Below, piece by piece: positions 39,137-48,531 of a stretch of DNA of 64,000 bases. A model generated the notes under the pieces. The model did no database searches and had not been told where the DNA came from. It saw nothing but the letters and a program-made list of their open reading frames with translations. Origin of the DNA: an uncultured Thermodesulfobacteriota bacterium (GTDB taxonomy: Bacteria > Desulfobacterota > GWC2-55-46 > JADFVP01). A program made the translations under genes and the position numbers. Where the stretch lies: positions 424 to 64,423 of the forward strand of contig CAZEBZ010000003.1 of the NCBI GenBank assembly GCA_964510775.1, given 5' to 3'. Within the stretch, counting starts at the first letter, position 1, and every line of letters starts with the position of its first letter.

Positions 39137-40042
39137 ATGTATGACATTGTAATCATAGGCGGCGGGCCAGCGGGGCTTACGGCGGCTATCTACGCCATCA
39201 GGCTTGGGCTAAAGACCGTCATGGTAGAGAAAGAACTCGTCGGAGGCCAGATAGCCCTTAGCGACATAATTGAGAACTACCCGGGTTTTCCATCTATTAG
39301 CGGAGCGGGGCTCATGGAGCACTTCGAGACCCATGCCAAAGGCCTCGGTCTTGAGATAATTCTCCGAGAGGTATCAGAGATAAAGAGAGAAGATAAGACC
39401 CTGGTCTTAAAGACCTCTGAGGGTGATATGGACACAAAGGCCGTTATTGTGGCAACAGGCGCCAAACCTCGCAGGCTCGGCGCCGCGGGCGAGGTGGAGT
39501 TTACAGGCAAGGGCGTCTCCTACTGCGCCACCTGCGACGGGCCCTTTTTTAAAGGCCTTAACGTCCTTGTAGTTGGTGGCGGCGACACGGCCCTAAAAGA
39601 AGCCGTCTATCTATCAAAGATCGCCAAGAAAGTATACATCGTCCACAGGCGTGACGAGTTCAGAGGAGAAAAAATCCAGCAGGACCGAGCAGAGGCCGCC
39701 GAGAACATCGAGTTTCTAAGAAGTCATGCCTTAAAGGAGATTAGCGGCGAGATGGTTGTGACTGAGGCCCTCGTAGAGGATCTTAAGACTGGAGAGACAA
39801 AGACTCTCGCCGTAGACGGGGCATTTATCTTCGTAGGCATTACTCCAACAACTGGATTTATCGAGGCCGAGAAAGATGAGAGCGGTTTTATCAAGACAAA
39901 CCAGAACATGGAGACAAATCTGCCTGGAATATTCGCCGCAGGAGACTGCCGTACAACACCTCTGCTGCAGGTTGCAACTGCCGTAGGCGACGGCGCCATT
40001 GCCGCCTACAAGGCCGCCGAGTATGTGGCGGATTTGGAGTAA
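39137..40042 (+). CDS. trxB: Thioredoxin-disulfide reductase
   Basis: MYDIVIIGGGPAGLTAAIYA, the redox-active CATCDG, the NADPH motif VVGGGDTA, and a C-terminal GDCRT motif. Confidence 0.95.
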   Translation: MYDIVIIGGGPAGLTAAIYAIRLGLKTVMVEKELVGGQIALSDIIENYPGFPSISGAGLMEHFETHAKGLGLEIILREVSEIKREDKTLVLKTSEGDMDTKAVIVATGAKPRRLGAAGEVEFTGKGVSYCATCDGPFFKGLNVLVVGGGDTALKEAVYLSKIAKKVYIVHRRDEFRGEKIQQDRAEAAENIEFLRSHALKEISGEMVVTEALVEDLKTGETKTLAVDGAFIFVGITPTTGFIEAEKDESGFIKTNQNMETNLPGIFAAGDCRTTPLLQVATAVGDGAIAAYKAAEYVADLE

Positions 40043-40099
40043 AGACAGCTCCCTTATCTTAGCGGGAGATTTTACAAGACCTTAGATGTAACAATCATC

Positions 40100-40530
40100 G
40101 CTCCCCATTGGTTTTATTAACCCCGCTTTTTTTCGATAGGGTGAGAGAAAGACCGCTGCGAGCTTGGTCTTCTTATACATTGGTTTTCTTTACCCCCCTT
40201 TCTTTTTTCCAGTGGGGCGATGATGAAGTTTTGTAGCGATAAAATATCAACACCATATTGGTTTTCTTTACCCCGCTTTCTTTTTTCTAAAAGAAAGCGG
40301 GAGGTTTTCTTTGTCTTACTTTTTTGTAAATGGTTAGAGAAAGACCGCTGCGAGCTTGGACTTGTTATACATTGGTTTTCTTTGCCCCCCTTTCTTTTTT
40401 CTAAAAGAAAGGGGGAGGTTTTCTTTGTCTTACTTTCTTTTTTCCAGTGGGACGAAGATGCAGCTAAAGAGAATATGAGCTAATTGCCCCCCATTGGTTT
40501 TCTTTGTCTTACTTTCTTTTTTCCAAAAGA
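40100..40530. repeat. Third and largest locus of the intergenic repeat family (at least 7 cores, mosaic of longer duplicated blocks, perfect hairpins)
   Basis: ATTGGTTTTCTTT(A/G)CC starts near 40107, 40179, 40255, 40370 and 40491, and GGTTTTCTTTGTCTTAC near 40303 and 40418. The perfect palindromes are CCCGCTTTCTTTTTTCTAAAAGAAAGCGGG and CCCCCTTTCTTTTTTCTAAAAGAAAGGGGG. Duplicated ~80-bp blocks AGAGAAAGACCGCTGCGAGCTTGG.CTT.TTATACATTGGTTTTCTTT lie at 40144 and 40336. Spacing between cores is irregular. Confidence 0.85.
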
Positions 40531-40548
40531 AAGTAAGGAGGCGTGGAT

Positions 40549-41484
40549 ATGAAAAAAGTCATTATATCCATTGGCGGAAACGCCCTCATCAGGCGTGATG
40601 AATCGGGGAGTATTACTGAGCAGTTTCATAATGCCAGAGCCGCCTGCGCCCTTGTATCAGAGCTGCTAAGAGATGGCTGCGGTGTAATCATCACACACGG
40701 CAACGGCCCTGTAGTAGGTAATATCGTCATCAGAAATGAGGCGGCAAAGGAGTTTGTGCCTCCCATGCCACTTTACATCTCCGATGCCGACTCCGAGGGC
40801 GGGCTGGGTTTTATGATTCAGCAGACCATATATAATGAACTTGTAAGGGCTAAGGTAGAGGCCGAGGTTGTCACCGTTGTAACTCAGGTCGTGGTAGATA
40901 AAAACGATAAAGCCTTCGCCGCCCCTGATAAACCCGTTGGCCCTTATTATACGAAAGACGAGGCAAAAAGCCTCAGCAAAGAAAAAGGCTGGGTCCTGAG
41001 TGAGGACAGCGGCCGAGGCTTCAGGCGAAGAGTACCCTCACCGAGACCGCGGCGTGTAGTAGAGAGCGCGGTAGTCGAAAAACTCTCAGAGCAAGGCGTA
41101 GTCGTAATAGCTGCAGGCGGCGGAGGCGTGCCCGTAATAGAGAATAAAGAGGGCACGCTACAGGGCATAGAAGCCGTCGTGGATAAAGACCGCACCACTA
41201 CCCTGCTCGCAGGAGACATGGGCGTTAAGACCATACTTAACCTTACGGCCATAGACAGTGTGTACCTTGATTTTGGCGGAGATGAACAGAGACCCCTTCG
41301 TGAGTTAAGTGTAAGAGACGCAGAAAAATATCTAAGAGCGGGCGAGTTCGCCCCTGGAAGCATGGGGCCCAAAGTCGAGGCGGCTATTGAGTTCGTAAAG
41401 GCAGGAGGTCAAGAGGTTATCATCACCACACCGGCCCTTATAGGTAAAGCGCTTAAAGGTCAAGCGGGCACAAGGATTTTTTAG
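40549..41484 (+). CDS. arcC: Carbamate kinase
   Basis: MKKVIISIGGNAL...GVIITHGNGPVVGN...AAGGGGVPV are carbamate kinase signatures. AAGGAGG lies 8 nt upstream of the ATG at 40549; the GTG at 40543 is too close to the RBS. Confidence 0.9.
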   Translation: MKKVIISIGGNALIRRDESGSITEQFHNARAACALVSELLRDGCGVIITHGNGPVVGNIVIRNEAAKEFVPPMPLYISDADSEGGLGFMIQQTIYNELVRAKVEAEVVTVVTQVVVDKNDKAFAAPDKPVGPYYTKDEAKSLSKEKGWVLSEDSGRGFRRRVPSPRPRRVVESAVVEKLSEQGVVVIAAGGGGVPVIENKEGTLQGIEAVVDKDRTTTLLAGDMGVKTILNLTAIDSVYLDFGGDEQRPLRELSVRDAEKYLRAGEFAPGSMGPKVEAAIEFVKAGGQEVIITTPALIGKALKGQAGTRIF

Positions 41485-41574
41485 CCTAAAGATGAATATA
41501 CTAAAAAAACCGCTTCTTCTTGTAAAATAATATATACTTACAGTAGACGCTTAACACTCTTATAATAGGAAAAA

Positions 41575-42855
41575 ATGAGCAAAGATACTATAAGATGCCC
41601 AAGGTGCGATAATACTATACCGCTGACTGAGGCCCTCTCGCGTGAGATTAACGAGGGTTTTGAGCGAGAATATGAGGCGAGAGGAAGGGAGAGGGAAAAG
41701 GAGTTCAAGGAGCGTGAGGAGGCATTAAGCAGAAAAAGCGCGGAAGTAGAGAGGCGTATAGCTGAAGAACTCTCAGCACAGAAAGGCCGCCTTGAACTTG
41801 AGGCAAGAAAGAGGGCAAGAGAAGAGGCGGCGGTAAGAATAACCGCTCTTGAGGAAGAGACTCGTGAGAGTAAGAGGCAGCTCGCCGTGGCCAACGAGAA
41901 GGAGCTCGCCTATCTAAAGGAAAAAAGAGTCCTCGATGAAGAGAAGAGAAATTTTGAGTTAAAGAAGGCCCGCGCCATAGAGGCAGAACGCGAGGCCATA
42001 AGAGAGAAGGCTGAGAAAGACTTTATCGAGGTGCACCGCCTGAAAGACCTTGAAAAAGAGAAGAAGATGCTGGACATGCAGAGGATTATCGAGGATCTAA
42101 AGAGAAAATCCGAGCAGGGTTCCATGCAGACCCAGGGCGAGGTCATGGAGCTTGACCTTGAGGACGCGCTGAAGACACGTTTTCCCTATGACGAGATTGT
42201 ACCTGTGCCAAAGGGTATCAGGGGGGCCGATATTATACAAAAAGTTCACACCAATACCGGTCACTTCTGCGGCAGTATCATCTGGGAGCTGAAACGCACG
42301 AAGGCCTGGAGCAAGGATTGGCTCACAAAACTCAAGGACGACCAGCGCGATGTTAGGGCCGAGATAGCCGTTATCGCCACAGAGGCGCTGCCAAAAGAGA
42401 TAACCTCCTTTGGCTTTATTGAGAGAGTCTGGGTAACAGGCTATCACCTTGCACCGGCCCTCGCCGAGGCTCTGAGAAACAGCCTTGTTCAACTGGCCCG
42501 AGCCCGTCAGGCCTCTGTGGGTAAAGAAGAAAAAAAAGAAGCTATCTATAAGTACGTCTCCGGGGACGAGTTCCGCCAGAAAGTAGAGGCCATAGTTGAG
42601 TCCTTCACCACTATGAGAGCTGAGCTTGAGCAGGAGAAAAGGGCTTATACAAGGCTCTGGGCCAAACGCGAGAAACAGATAGAGCGAGTCTTTAAGAACA
42701 CTGTAAGCATATACGGCGACCTTGAGGGTATTACAGGCGCGGCGCTGCCCCCAATACAGACACTTGAGCTTGAGGAGGGGGCGGAGGTACTGGAAGAGAG
42801 TGAGAGGCAGGCACTTCAAGAAGAAAAAAATGTAAAAAAAGAGGGGCTTTTTTAG
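41575..42855 (+). CDS. DUF2130 family protein (N-terminal zinc ribbon, long charged coiled coil, C-terminal conserved domain)
   Basis: The N-terminus has CPRCDNTIPLTEAL. A roughly 150-aa E/R/K coiled coil follows. The C-terminal block GADIIQKVHTNTGHFCGSIIWELKRTKAWSKDWLTKLKDDQRDVRAEIAVIATEALP is typical of DUF2130. Confidence 0.65.
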   Translation: MSKDTIRCPRCDNTIPLTEALSREINEGFEREYEARGREREKEFKEREEALSRKSAEVERRIAEELSAQKGRLELEARKRAREEAAVRITALEEETRESKRQLAVANEKELAYLKEKRVLDEEKRNFELKKARAIEAEREAIREKAEKDFIEVHRLKDLEKEKKMLDMQRIIEDLKRKSEQGSMQTQGEVMELDLEDALKTRFPYDEIVPVPKGIRGADIIQKVHTNTGHFCGSIIWELKRTKAWSKDWLTKLKDDQRDVRAEIAVIATEALPKEITSFGFIERVWVTGYHLAPALAEALRNSLVQLARARQASVGKEEKKEAIYKYVSGDEFRQKVEAIVESFTTMRAELEQEKRAYTRLWAKREKQIERVFKNTVSIYGDLEGITGAALPPIQTLELEEGAEVLEESERQALQEEKNVKKEGLF

Positions 42856-42910
42856 AATTAATATAAAAAAACCTGTCTTAAGGAAGAATTATTAATAAAA
42901 GGGGTCTCAG

Positions 42911-43174
42911 GTGACGCTTACAACAATTATCGCTATATACGCGGCAGCGGCTATATGCATTGGTATCGCCACGGGAGCTATCGCAAAGAGCAATGACGGC
43001 AGCTTTATCAAGTGGTTCATCTACGGAGCTCTGCTCCCTGTAATAGCCCTGCCTCACGCCATTCTCATTGTACGGGCCATTGGAACAAAAAAATGCATGT
43101 ACTGCCACAAAAAAGTTAAATTCACAGCCACTACATGCCCAAAATGCGGTTTTGAGTTCATAGACCTGAGCTGA
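42911..43174 (+). CDS. Small membrane protein with a C-terminal zinc-ribbon (CxxC...CxxC)
   Basis: 87 aa with a GTG start, two predicted TM helices, then CMYCHKKVKFTATTCPKCGF. It lies 55 bp downstream of the DUF2130 gene. Confidence 0.45.
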   Translation: MTLTTIIAIYAAAAICIGIATGAIAKSNDGSFIKWFIYGALLPVIALPHAILIVRAIGTKKCMYCHKKVKFTATTCPKCGFEFIDLS

Positions 43175-43225
43175 TTTTTTATCTGCCTCCAATACCTCGC
43201 ACCCCGCCTGCCTAAGACCGACTTC

Positions 43226-43990
43226 TTATACCTCCAGCATCATACCGTCATAGGCAAACTCTATGCCCTCGGGCAGTCTTGGGTTATCTTGTGGATAATC
43301 AATGTCGTGGCTAAGGTGCGTAAGTATCGTTCTCTTAGGGCGAAGCTTTTTTACTATATCTACGGCCTGCTCCACAGTCATGTGCGTAGGATGGCTCTTA
43401 TAGCGTAGCGCGCCGAGGACAAGAAGGTCAAGGTCGCGGAGTTTTTCCATGGAAGAAGGCGGAATCTGACTGCAGTCCGTAATATAAGCAAATGAGGCTA
43501 TACGAAAACCCAGCACCAGGCCCCTGCCGTGCCTTACCTCAAGGGGAATTACCTCAACGGGCCCTATAGTGAAAGGGCCGAGTATTTCGGTAATGGAGAG
43601 TTCAGGTTTAAAGCTCTCACCACGCTCGCCGCTAAAAATATAATTAAATAAGAGGGTCAGACGCTCTATGGTCTCGGCGCTGCCAAAGCAGGAGATGGGC
43701 CCCTTCTGAAGCATATTAAAGGAGCGAAGCTCGTCTATTCCATGTACATGGTCGGCGTGAGGGTGTGTAAAAAGTACGGAGTCTATGCGTGTAATGCCTG
43801 TAGAGAGGGCCTGCGAGCGAAGATCAGTAGAGGTATCGATGAGGATATGCGTGCCTTCAACCTCTATAAGGGCAGATGATCTTGTGCGGGAATTACGAGG
43901 GTCATTTGAGGTACATACTGAGCAGGCGCAGCCGATCACTGGCACGCCCGTAGATGTGCCGCAGCCTAATATAAGGAGTTTTATAGCCAT
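43226..43990 (-). CDS. MBL-fold metallo-hydrolase (PhnP-like)
   Basis: LLILGCGTSTGVPVIGCACSVC...FTHPHADHVHGIDELR gives the HxHxDH metal-binding motif. Confidence 0.85.
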   Translation of the reverse strand: MAIKLLILGCGTSTGVPVIGCACSVCTSNDPRNSRTRSSALIEVEGTHILIDTSTDLRSQALSTGITRIDSVLFTHPHADHVHGIDELRSFNMLQKGPISCFGSAETIERLTLLFNYIFSGERGESFKPELSITEILGPFTIGPVEVIPLEVRHGRGLVLGFRIASFAYITDCSQIPPSSMEKLRDLDLLVLGALRYKSHPTHMTVEQAVDIVKKLRPKRTILTHLSHDIDYPQDNPRLPEGIEFAYDGMMLEV

Positions 43991-44216
43991 AATGCCGTGG
44001 CCTCATAGACCTTTTGCCAAAGAAGAACCCGTTAAGAAGGATTACCTGCAATAGAACAGGTCTGCCCTCTTGGCTTACCCCAAGAGGTATAGCCCCAAAA
44101 GAGACAGACTTATAGAGAAGATGCCCTGCCTGAGAGCCTATGGGCATTAAGCACCTGCACCCTCTCCAAAAGAGACACCTCCATTATAGAGTCCACCCTT
44201 AAGACAAGCCCGGAAG

Positions 44217-44450
44217 CTACTCCTCGTACTCACCTACCACTTTAAGCTCTTCTATGACATCGCCCTCGTGGGGAGCGTCGTCCATGTATGGAGTAAGGTC
44301 ACAGCCGGCATAATGCTCAAAGTGCATTCCCTCTACAAAAAGAGGGCTCTTGGTGGCATCGTATACCTTGCCCTTATAGGCAAAATAGATAGGGTCTCCG
44401 TCGTTGGCGCCATCGAATTTTTTCAGTTCTTCTTCAGTAAATTTTTTCAT
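44217..44450 (-). CDS. Cytochrome b5-like haem/steroid-binding domain protein
   Basis: 77 aa, with FTEEELKKFDGANDGDPIYFAYKGKVYDATKS...HFEHYAGCDLT (the b5-like fold with an HxxH-type ligand region). Confidence 0.7.
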   Translation of the reverse strand: MKKFTEEELKKFDGANDGDPIYFAYKGKVYDATKSPLFVEGMHFEHYAGCDLTPYMDDAPHEGDVIEELKVVGEYEE

Positions 44451-44453
44451 AGT

Positions 44454-45314
44454 TTAAACAATATAAAATGGCGTAGGCATGAAAGTCAATATAAAAACCG
44501 ATATGGCAGCTATTGAGGTGAGTCTTCTCCTTCTGTCCATAGGCTGGCGCTGGTCTGCAAGCGGCGGATGGCGAAGCCCTATAATAGTGATAAGGGCCGC
44601 CCAGATAAACCAGCCCGGCCAGGCGAAGTAACCAAGCACGGCCATAACCGCTACGAGCATAAGGGAGATGGGGCGCCCTCTCTCACCAAGAAGGGCATAG
44701 ATAACATGACCGCCGTCGAGCTGGCCAAGGGGAAGGAGGTTCATCGCCGTAACAAAAAAACCAATCCACCCGGCAAAGGCAACGGGGCTGAGAAAGACAT
44801 CAAAACCTACCGGCACAGGTCCTATAGCGAGGTATGTAAGACCTTGAAATATAAGGGAGGAGCCAAACCCCATGGCCCCCGTACCCTGCAGAAGAGGCGT
44901 AACGGAAGAGGTGCGAAGGCCTATGTATGTAACGAGACATGCCATAACAAAGCCGGCAAGGGGCCCTGACGCTCCAATATCCACGAGGGCGTTTTTTGTG
45001 GTAATAGGAGATTTTATCCTTATCACAGCTCCAAATGTCCCTATCATTGGCGGTATTGGCGGCGCGGGGATAAAGAGAGGCCACGTCGTAAGGACGTTAT
45101 GACGCCGAGATGCAATATAGTGACCGAGCTCATGTGTACCGAGTATTAGAAGAAGGGATATGGAAAATGGCAGCCCCAGCATAAGTTCACTGGAATGATT
45201 ACGTAAATCCGCCCCTTGATACAGAGCCCCCGCTATAACAGTCGTACAGAGGGTAGTGGCAAGGAGCAGCAGGGGTATATAGCGGCGTGGGGAGTAAGCG
45301 GCCCTATGACTCAT
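44454..45314 (-). CDS. Site-2 protease family (M50) zinc metallopeptidase
   Basis: Polytopic membrane protein with HELGHYIASRRH (HExxH) and a downstream LDGG-type motif (LPLGQLDGGHVIY). Confidence 0.85.
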   Translation of the reverse strand: MSHRAAYSPRRYIPLLLLATTLCTTVIAGALYQGADLRNHSSELMLGLPFSISLLLILGTHELGHYIASRRHNVLTTWPLFIPAPPIPPMIGTFGAVIRIKSPITTKNALVDIGASGPLAGFVMACLVTYIGLRTSSVTPLLQGTGAMGFGSSLIFQGLTYLAIGPVPVGFDVFLSPVAFAGWIGFFVTAMNLLPLGQLDGGHVIYALLGERGRPISLMLVAVMAVLGYFAWPGWFIWAALITIIGLRHPPLADQRQPMDRRRRLTSIAAISVFILTFMPTPFYIV

Positions 45315-45326
45315 TTACCCCCCATA

Positions 45327-46397
45327 TCAAGAAGACCCGCCCATTGCCGCGGCCTTCTTACTGCCCTTCATAGCGATTCTGTAGATATCAAGGGCGGCCA
45401 TAGCAAGGCTCAATATGATTGGGCCGGCTATTATGCCTATGAAACCAAAGGCATGGACAGCGCCAAGTACGCTGAAAAAAAGCAGCAGAGGGTGCTGATT
45501 GGTCTTACCGCTTATGATTATGGGACGTAAGAGATTATCTACAAGGCCTATGACAAGGGCTCCCCAGAGCAGAAGCAGAAGGGCCTTTAAGAAGGCCCCT
45601 TTTATAAGGAGGAAGAGGATAGCGGGGATAACAACAGCAAGGGTTCCGATACCTGGCAAGAATGAGGTAATGAACATGACAAAGGCCCAGAGAAAGGGCG
45701 AAGGAATGCCGAGGAACCAGAAGGCCAGACCGCCGAGCGCGCCCTGAACGCCCCCGACGAGGACACCGCCCGTAAGGGTAGCGGTAATGATAACCCTGTT
45801 CTTCGAGATGACCTCATCTGTCTGAGTATCATTCAGGGGTATAAGTTCTTTTAGAACGGCAACGAGCTTGTCGCTCTCCATAAATAGAAAGAACATGGTG
45901 AAAAAGGCGAGGACTATATTGAAAAAAAGCTGCGCAAAGTTGCTTACTGCGCCCTTTAAACCCGGCGCGAGGTAAGCGCCTGCCTGCTGCATAGTCGTAG
46001 CGAAGAGTTTCCTTAAATCAATGCCTGATATATCCACATACCTATCGAGAAAACCGGGCATATAATCAAAAAAGTGAAGATTAAGACCGCTCTGCCCGTT
46101 AGAGATATCAGCGGCATAGTGCTGGGCATGAGTGTAGATGGAGATAACCTCGCTCGTGAGCATAGCGGCAAGGATAATCATAGGCACAAGAAAAAAGAGG
46201 GCGATTGTGATACAGGCAAGCGCAGAGGCCGCCGCCTTTACCCTGAGACGCCGTAGCAGCCATGCGTAAAAGGGGTGAAATAATATGACAAAGACTACGG
46301 CCCAGAAGATTGGAACGAAAAAAGGGGCCATAATCCTGTAACTGAGGTATCCTATAATAGCGGCGAAAAACACGCCCACAAGTGTCTCTTTCTTCAA
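45327..46397 (-). CDS. AI-2E family transporter (PerM/YhhT-like permease)
   Basis: 356-aa polytopic membrane protein with the typical AI-2E organisation and motifs (LVGGVQGALGGLAFWFLGIPSPFLWAFVMFITSFLP). Confidence 0.8.
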   Translation of the reverse strand: MKKETLVGVFFAAIIGYLSYRIMAPFFVPIFWAVVFVILFHPFYAWLLRRLRVKAAASALACITIALFFLVPMIILAAMLTSEVISIYTHAQHYAADISNGQSGLNLHFFDYMPGFLDRYVDISGIDLRKLFATTMQQAGAYLAPGLKGAVSNFAQLFFNIVLAFFTMFFLFMESDKLVAVLKELIPLNDTQTDEVISKNRVIITATLTGGVLVGGVQGALGGLAFWFLGIPSPFLWAFVMFITSFLPGIGTLAVVIPAILFLLIKGAFLKALLLLLWGALVIGLVDNLLRPIIISGKTNQHPLLLFFSVLGAVHAFGFIGIIAGPIILSLAMAALDIYRIAMKGSKKAAAMGGSS

Positions 46398-46444
46398 ATC
46401 TCTCTCTTCCTATCCTCGCAGAATATTTTCCGCACTCTGTACCT

Positions 46445-46473
46445 TTGATTTTACTTGCTATTAACAGTATAAT
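46445..46473 (+). promoter_or_regulatory. Sigma70-like promoter TTGATT-17-TATAAT
   Basis: TTGATT lies at 46445-46450 and TATAAT at 46468-46473 with a 17-nt spacer, about 90 bp upstream of the PP-loop ATPase gene start (46565). Confidence 0.5.
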
Positions 46474-46564
46474 TATATTAATTGAAATACAAGAACTTTA
46501 CCCGTCGCCGCCCCCTGGTGTAGAGGTGAGGTTACTTAAAAAAACAGAAGAGAGGTAGCGAAAT

Positions 46565-47575
46565 ATGACAAAGGCCGTGGCCCTGCTCTCAGGGGGCCTT
46601 GACAGCACACTCGCCGTAAAGATGATAATAGACCAGGGTATTGAGGTTCATGCCCTTAACTTCACCTCGGCTTTTTGCACATGCACAACAAGCGCGAGAA
46701 AGGCCGGAGGCTGCAAGAGCGAATCAGTGCGCGTGGCAGAGGAGTTCGGAATACCTATAAAGGTTATGTTAAAGGGTGACGACTACATGGACATTGTCCG
46801 CTCGCCTGCTCACGGCTACGGCAAGGGCATGAACCCCTGCGTGGACTGCCGTATATATATGTTCAAGTCCGCCAAGAAGTATATGGAGGAGATAGGGGCC
46901 TCCTTTATCCTCACAGGCGAGGTACTTGGACAGAGACCAATGAGCCAGAGGCGTGACACCATGAGGATAATCGAGCGTGACAGCGGACTTGAGGGTCTTA
47001 TCCTGAGGCCTCTGTGCGCCGGTCATCTTGAACCTACCATTGCGGAAAAAGAAGGCCTTGTAGACAGGAATAAACTCCTAAGCGTAGCGGGACGGGGGCG
47101 AAGGCCGCAGATGGATCTCGCAGAAGAGCTCGGAGTAAACGACTACCCATGTCCATCAGGGGGCTGCCTCCTAACGGACCGCACTTTTTCCAAAAAAGTG
47201 CGGGATCTCTTTGATAATAAGAGTAAGATTGAGAGGCATGACCTCTCTCTCCTTAGAACAGGCCGGCACCTTCGCTACGAGGGTTTTAAGATAGTAGTAG
47301 GAAGGGACGAGGCCGATAACGCCCGCCTGAAAACCCTCTTAAAGCCCGAGCACATGGCCTTAGAGCCCGTTGACTTTCCAGGCCCCCTTGTACTCATCAC
47401 AGAGAAAGCCCCTGAAGACGTACTGGAGTTCGCCGGAAGACTCATCCTACGTTATGCCTCGGCCAAGTTAGATGGTAATAATAAGGTACGCCTCTCATTC
47501 AACGGGGAGACAAGGGACTTTACACCTGCGGACGCCGTGACTGAAGATGAGCTTATAGAGGCGCGCGTATGCTAA
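46565..47575 (+). CDS. PP-loop ATPase (QueC/ExsB-like N-terminus) with Cys clusters and a ~120-aa C-terminal extension
   Basis: MTKAVALLSGGLDSTLAVKMIIDQGIEVHALNF resembles the QueC N-terminus (SGGxDS PP-loop). The Cys motifs are CTCTTSARKAGGC, CVDCR and CPSGGC. The 336-aa length is well beyond canonical QueC (about 230 aa). Confidence 0.65.
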   Translation: MTKAVALLSGGLDSTLAVKMIIDQGIEVHALNFTSAFCTCTTSARKAGGCKSESVRVAEEFGIPIKVMLKGDDYMDIVRSPAHGYGKGMNPCVDCRIYMFKSAKKYMEEIGASFILTGEVLGQRPMSQRRDTMRIIERDSGLEGLILRPLCAGHLEPTIAEKEGLVDRNKLLSVAGRGRRPQMDLAEELGVNDYPCPSGGCLLTDRTFSKKVRDLFDNKSKIERHDLSLLRTGRHLRYEGFKIVVGRDEADNARLKTLLKPEHMALEPVDFPGPLVLITEKAPEDVLEFAGRLILRYASAKLDGNNKVRLSFNGETRDFTPADAVTEDELIEARVC

Positions 47576-48456
47576 GAGTAAGAGAAGGGGCGTCAATAAA
47601 AAACTCCGCCGAGGCGGACTCGCCCGAATACGCACTCGTGCCTGAGACCACAAAAAAACTCTCACGCCTGAAGGATATTTTAAGAGATATGGGCGATGTT
47701 GTAGTAGCCTTCTCCGGAGGTGTAGACTCTACTCTGCTCCTTAAGACCGCCAAGAGCGTCCTTGGAGAGAGGGCCGCTGCCATAACGGCAACTTCGCCTA
47801 CATACCCCGCTCATGAGTTCAATGAGGCTAAGAGACTGGCAGATGAATTTGGCGCACAACACATTATTGTGCACTCCAATGAACTGGAGATAGAGGGGTT
47901 CTCGGAAAATACGCCACAGAGGTGTTATCACTGCAAGAGCGAGCTCTTCACTATCGCCAAAAAAGAGGCCCTCGCCCTCGGTCTCTCTAATGTAGCTGAC
48001 GGGGCCAACATAGACGACCTCAAGGATTTTCGCCCCGGCAGCAAAGCCGCGCAAGAGCTTGGCGTAAGAAGTCCTCTTCGTGAAGCGGGGCTGACAAAAG
48101 CGGATATTCGTGAGATAAGCCGCGCCATGGGCCTTACGACATGGAACAAACCGGCCTTAGCATGTCTCTCATCAAGGTTCCCCTATGGAACAGAAATCAC
48201 CGATAAGAGGCTCGAGGTTATAGCAAAGGCAGAGGACTTCATGAGGACTCTGGGATTTAAGGAATTCAGAGTAAGGTACCACAAAGAGACAGTTCGAATA
48301 GAGACCGCTGCCGCCGAGATGCCGCGCCTCCTTCAAGAGCCCATAAGAAAAAAAATTATCTCGTCCATGAAAGGGCTTGGATTTATCTATGTAACCATAG
48401 ACCTCGAGGGCTACAGGACAGGAAGCATGAACGAGGTTCTCGAAAAATTTTTTTAA
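47569..48456 (+). CDS. LarE-like PP-loop ATP-dependent sulfur transferase family protein (TIGR00268-type)
   Basis: LKDILRDMGDVVVAFSGGVDSTLLLKTAKSVLGERAAAITATSPTYP and the conserved Cys in LACLSSRFPYG match the LarE active-site context. It overlaps the upstream PP-loop gene by 7 nt. Confidence 0.75.
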   Translation: MLRVREGASIKNSAEADSPEYALVPETTKKLSRLKDILRDMGDVVVAFSGGVDSTLLLKTAKSVLGERAAAITATSPTYPAHEFNEAKRLADEFGAQHIIVHSNELEIEGFSENTPQRCYHCKSELFTIAKKEALALGLSNVADGANIDDLKDFRPGSKAAQELGVRSPLREAGLTKADIREISRAMGLTTWNKPALACLSSRFPYGTEITDKRLEVIAKAEDFMRTLGFKEFRVRYHKETVRIETAAAEMPRLLQEPIRKKIISSMKGLGFIYVTIDLEGYRTGSMNEVLEKFF

Positions 48457-48531
48457 TGTATAACGAAGGGTGATGAGGGGGGGCTAAGCTGGACTCTTCG
48501 CAGGCCTCTGGTCTTTCACGGCCTCTCCTCA

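Noticed and set aside
40220-40483. 87-aa ORF with internal duplication (…WFSLPRFLFSKRKREVFFVLL…WFSLPPFLFSKRKGEVFFVLL…)
   Set aside because: It lies entirely within the intergenic repeat cluster. The duplication simply reflects the DNA repeats, and there is no RBS.
42097-42819. 240-aa - strand ORF opposite the DUF2130 gene; similar long antisense ORFs at 2217..2804, 2823..3704, 13570..14058, 40947..41372, 62140..62625 and 63218..63775
   Set aside because: Each overlaps a well-supported gene on the other strand and shows biased, low-complexity composition typical of antisense frames in GC-rich coding DNA.
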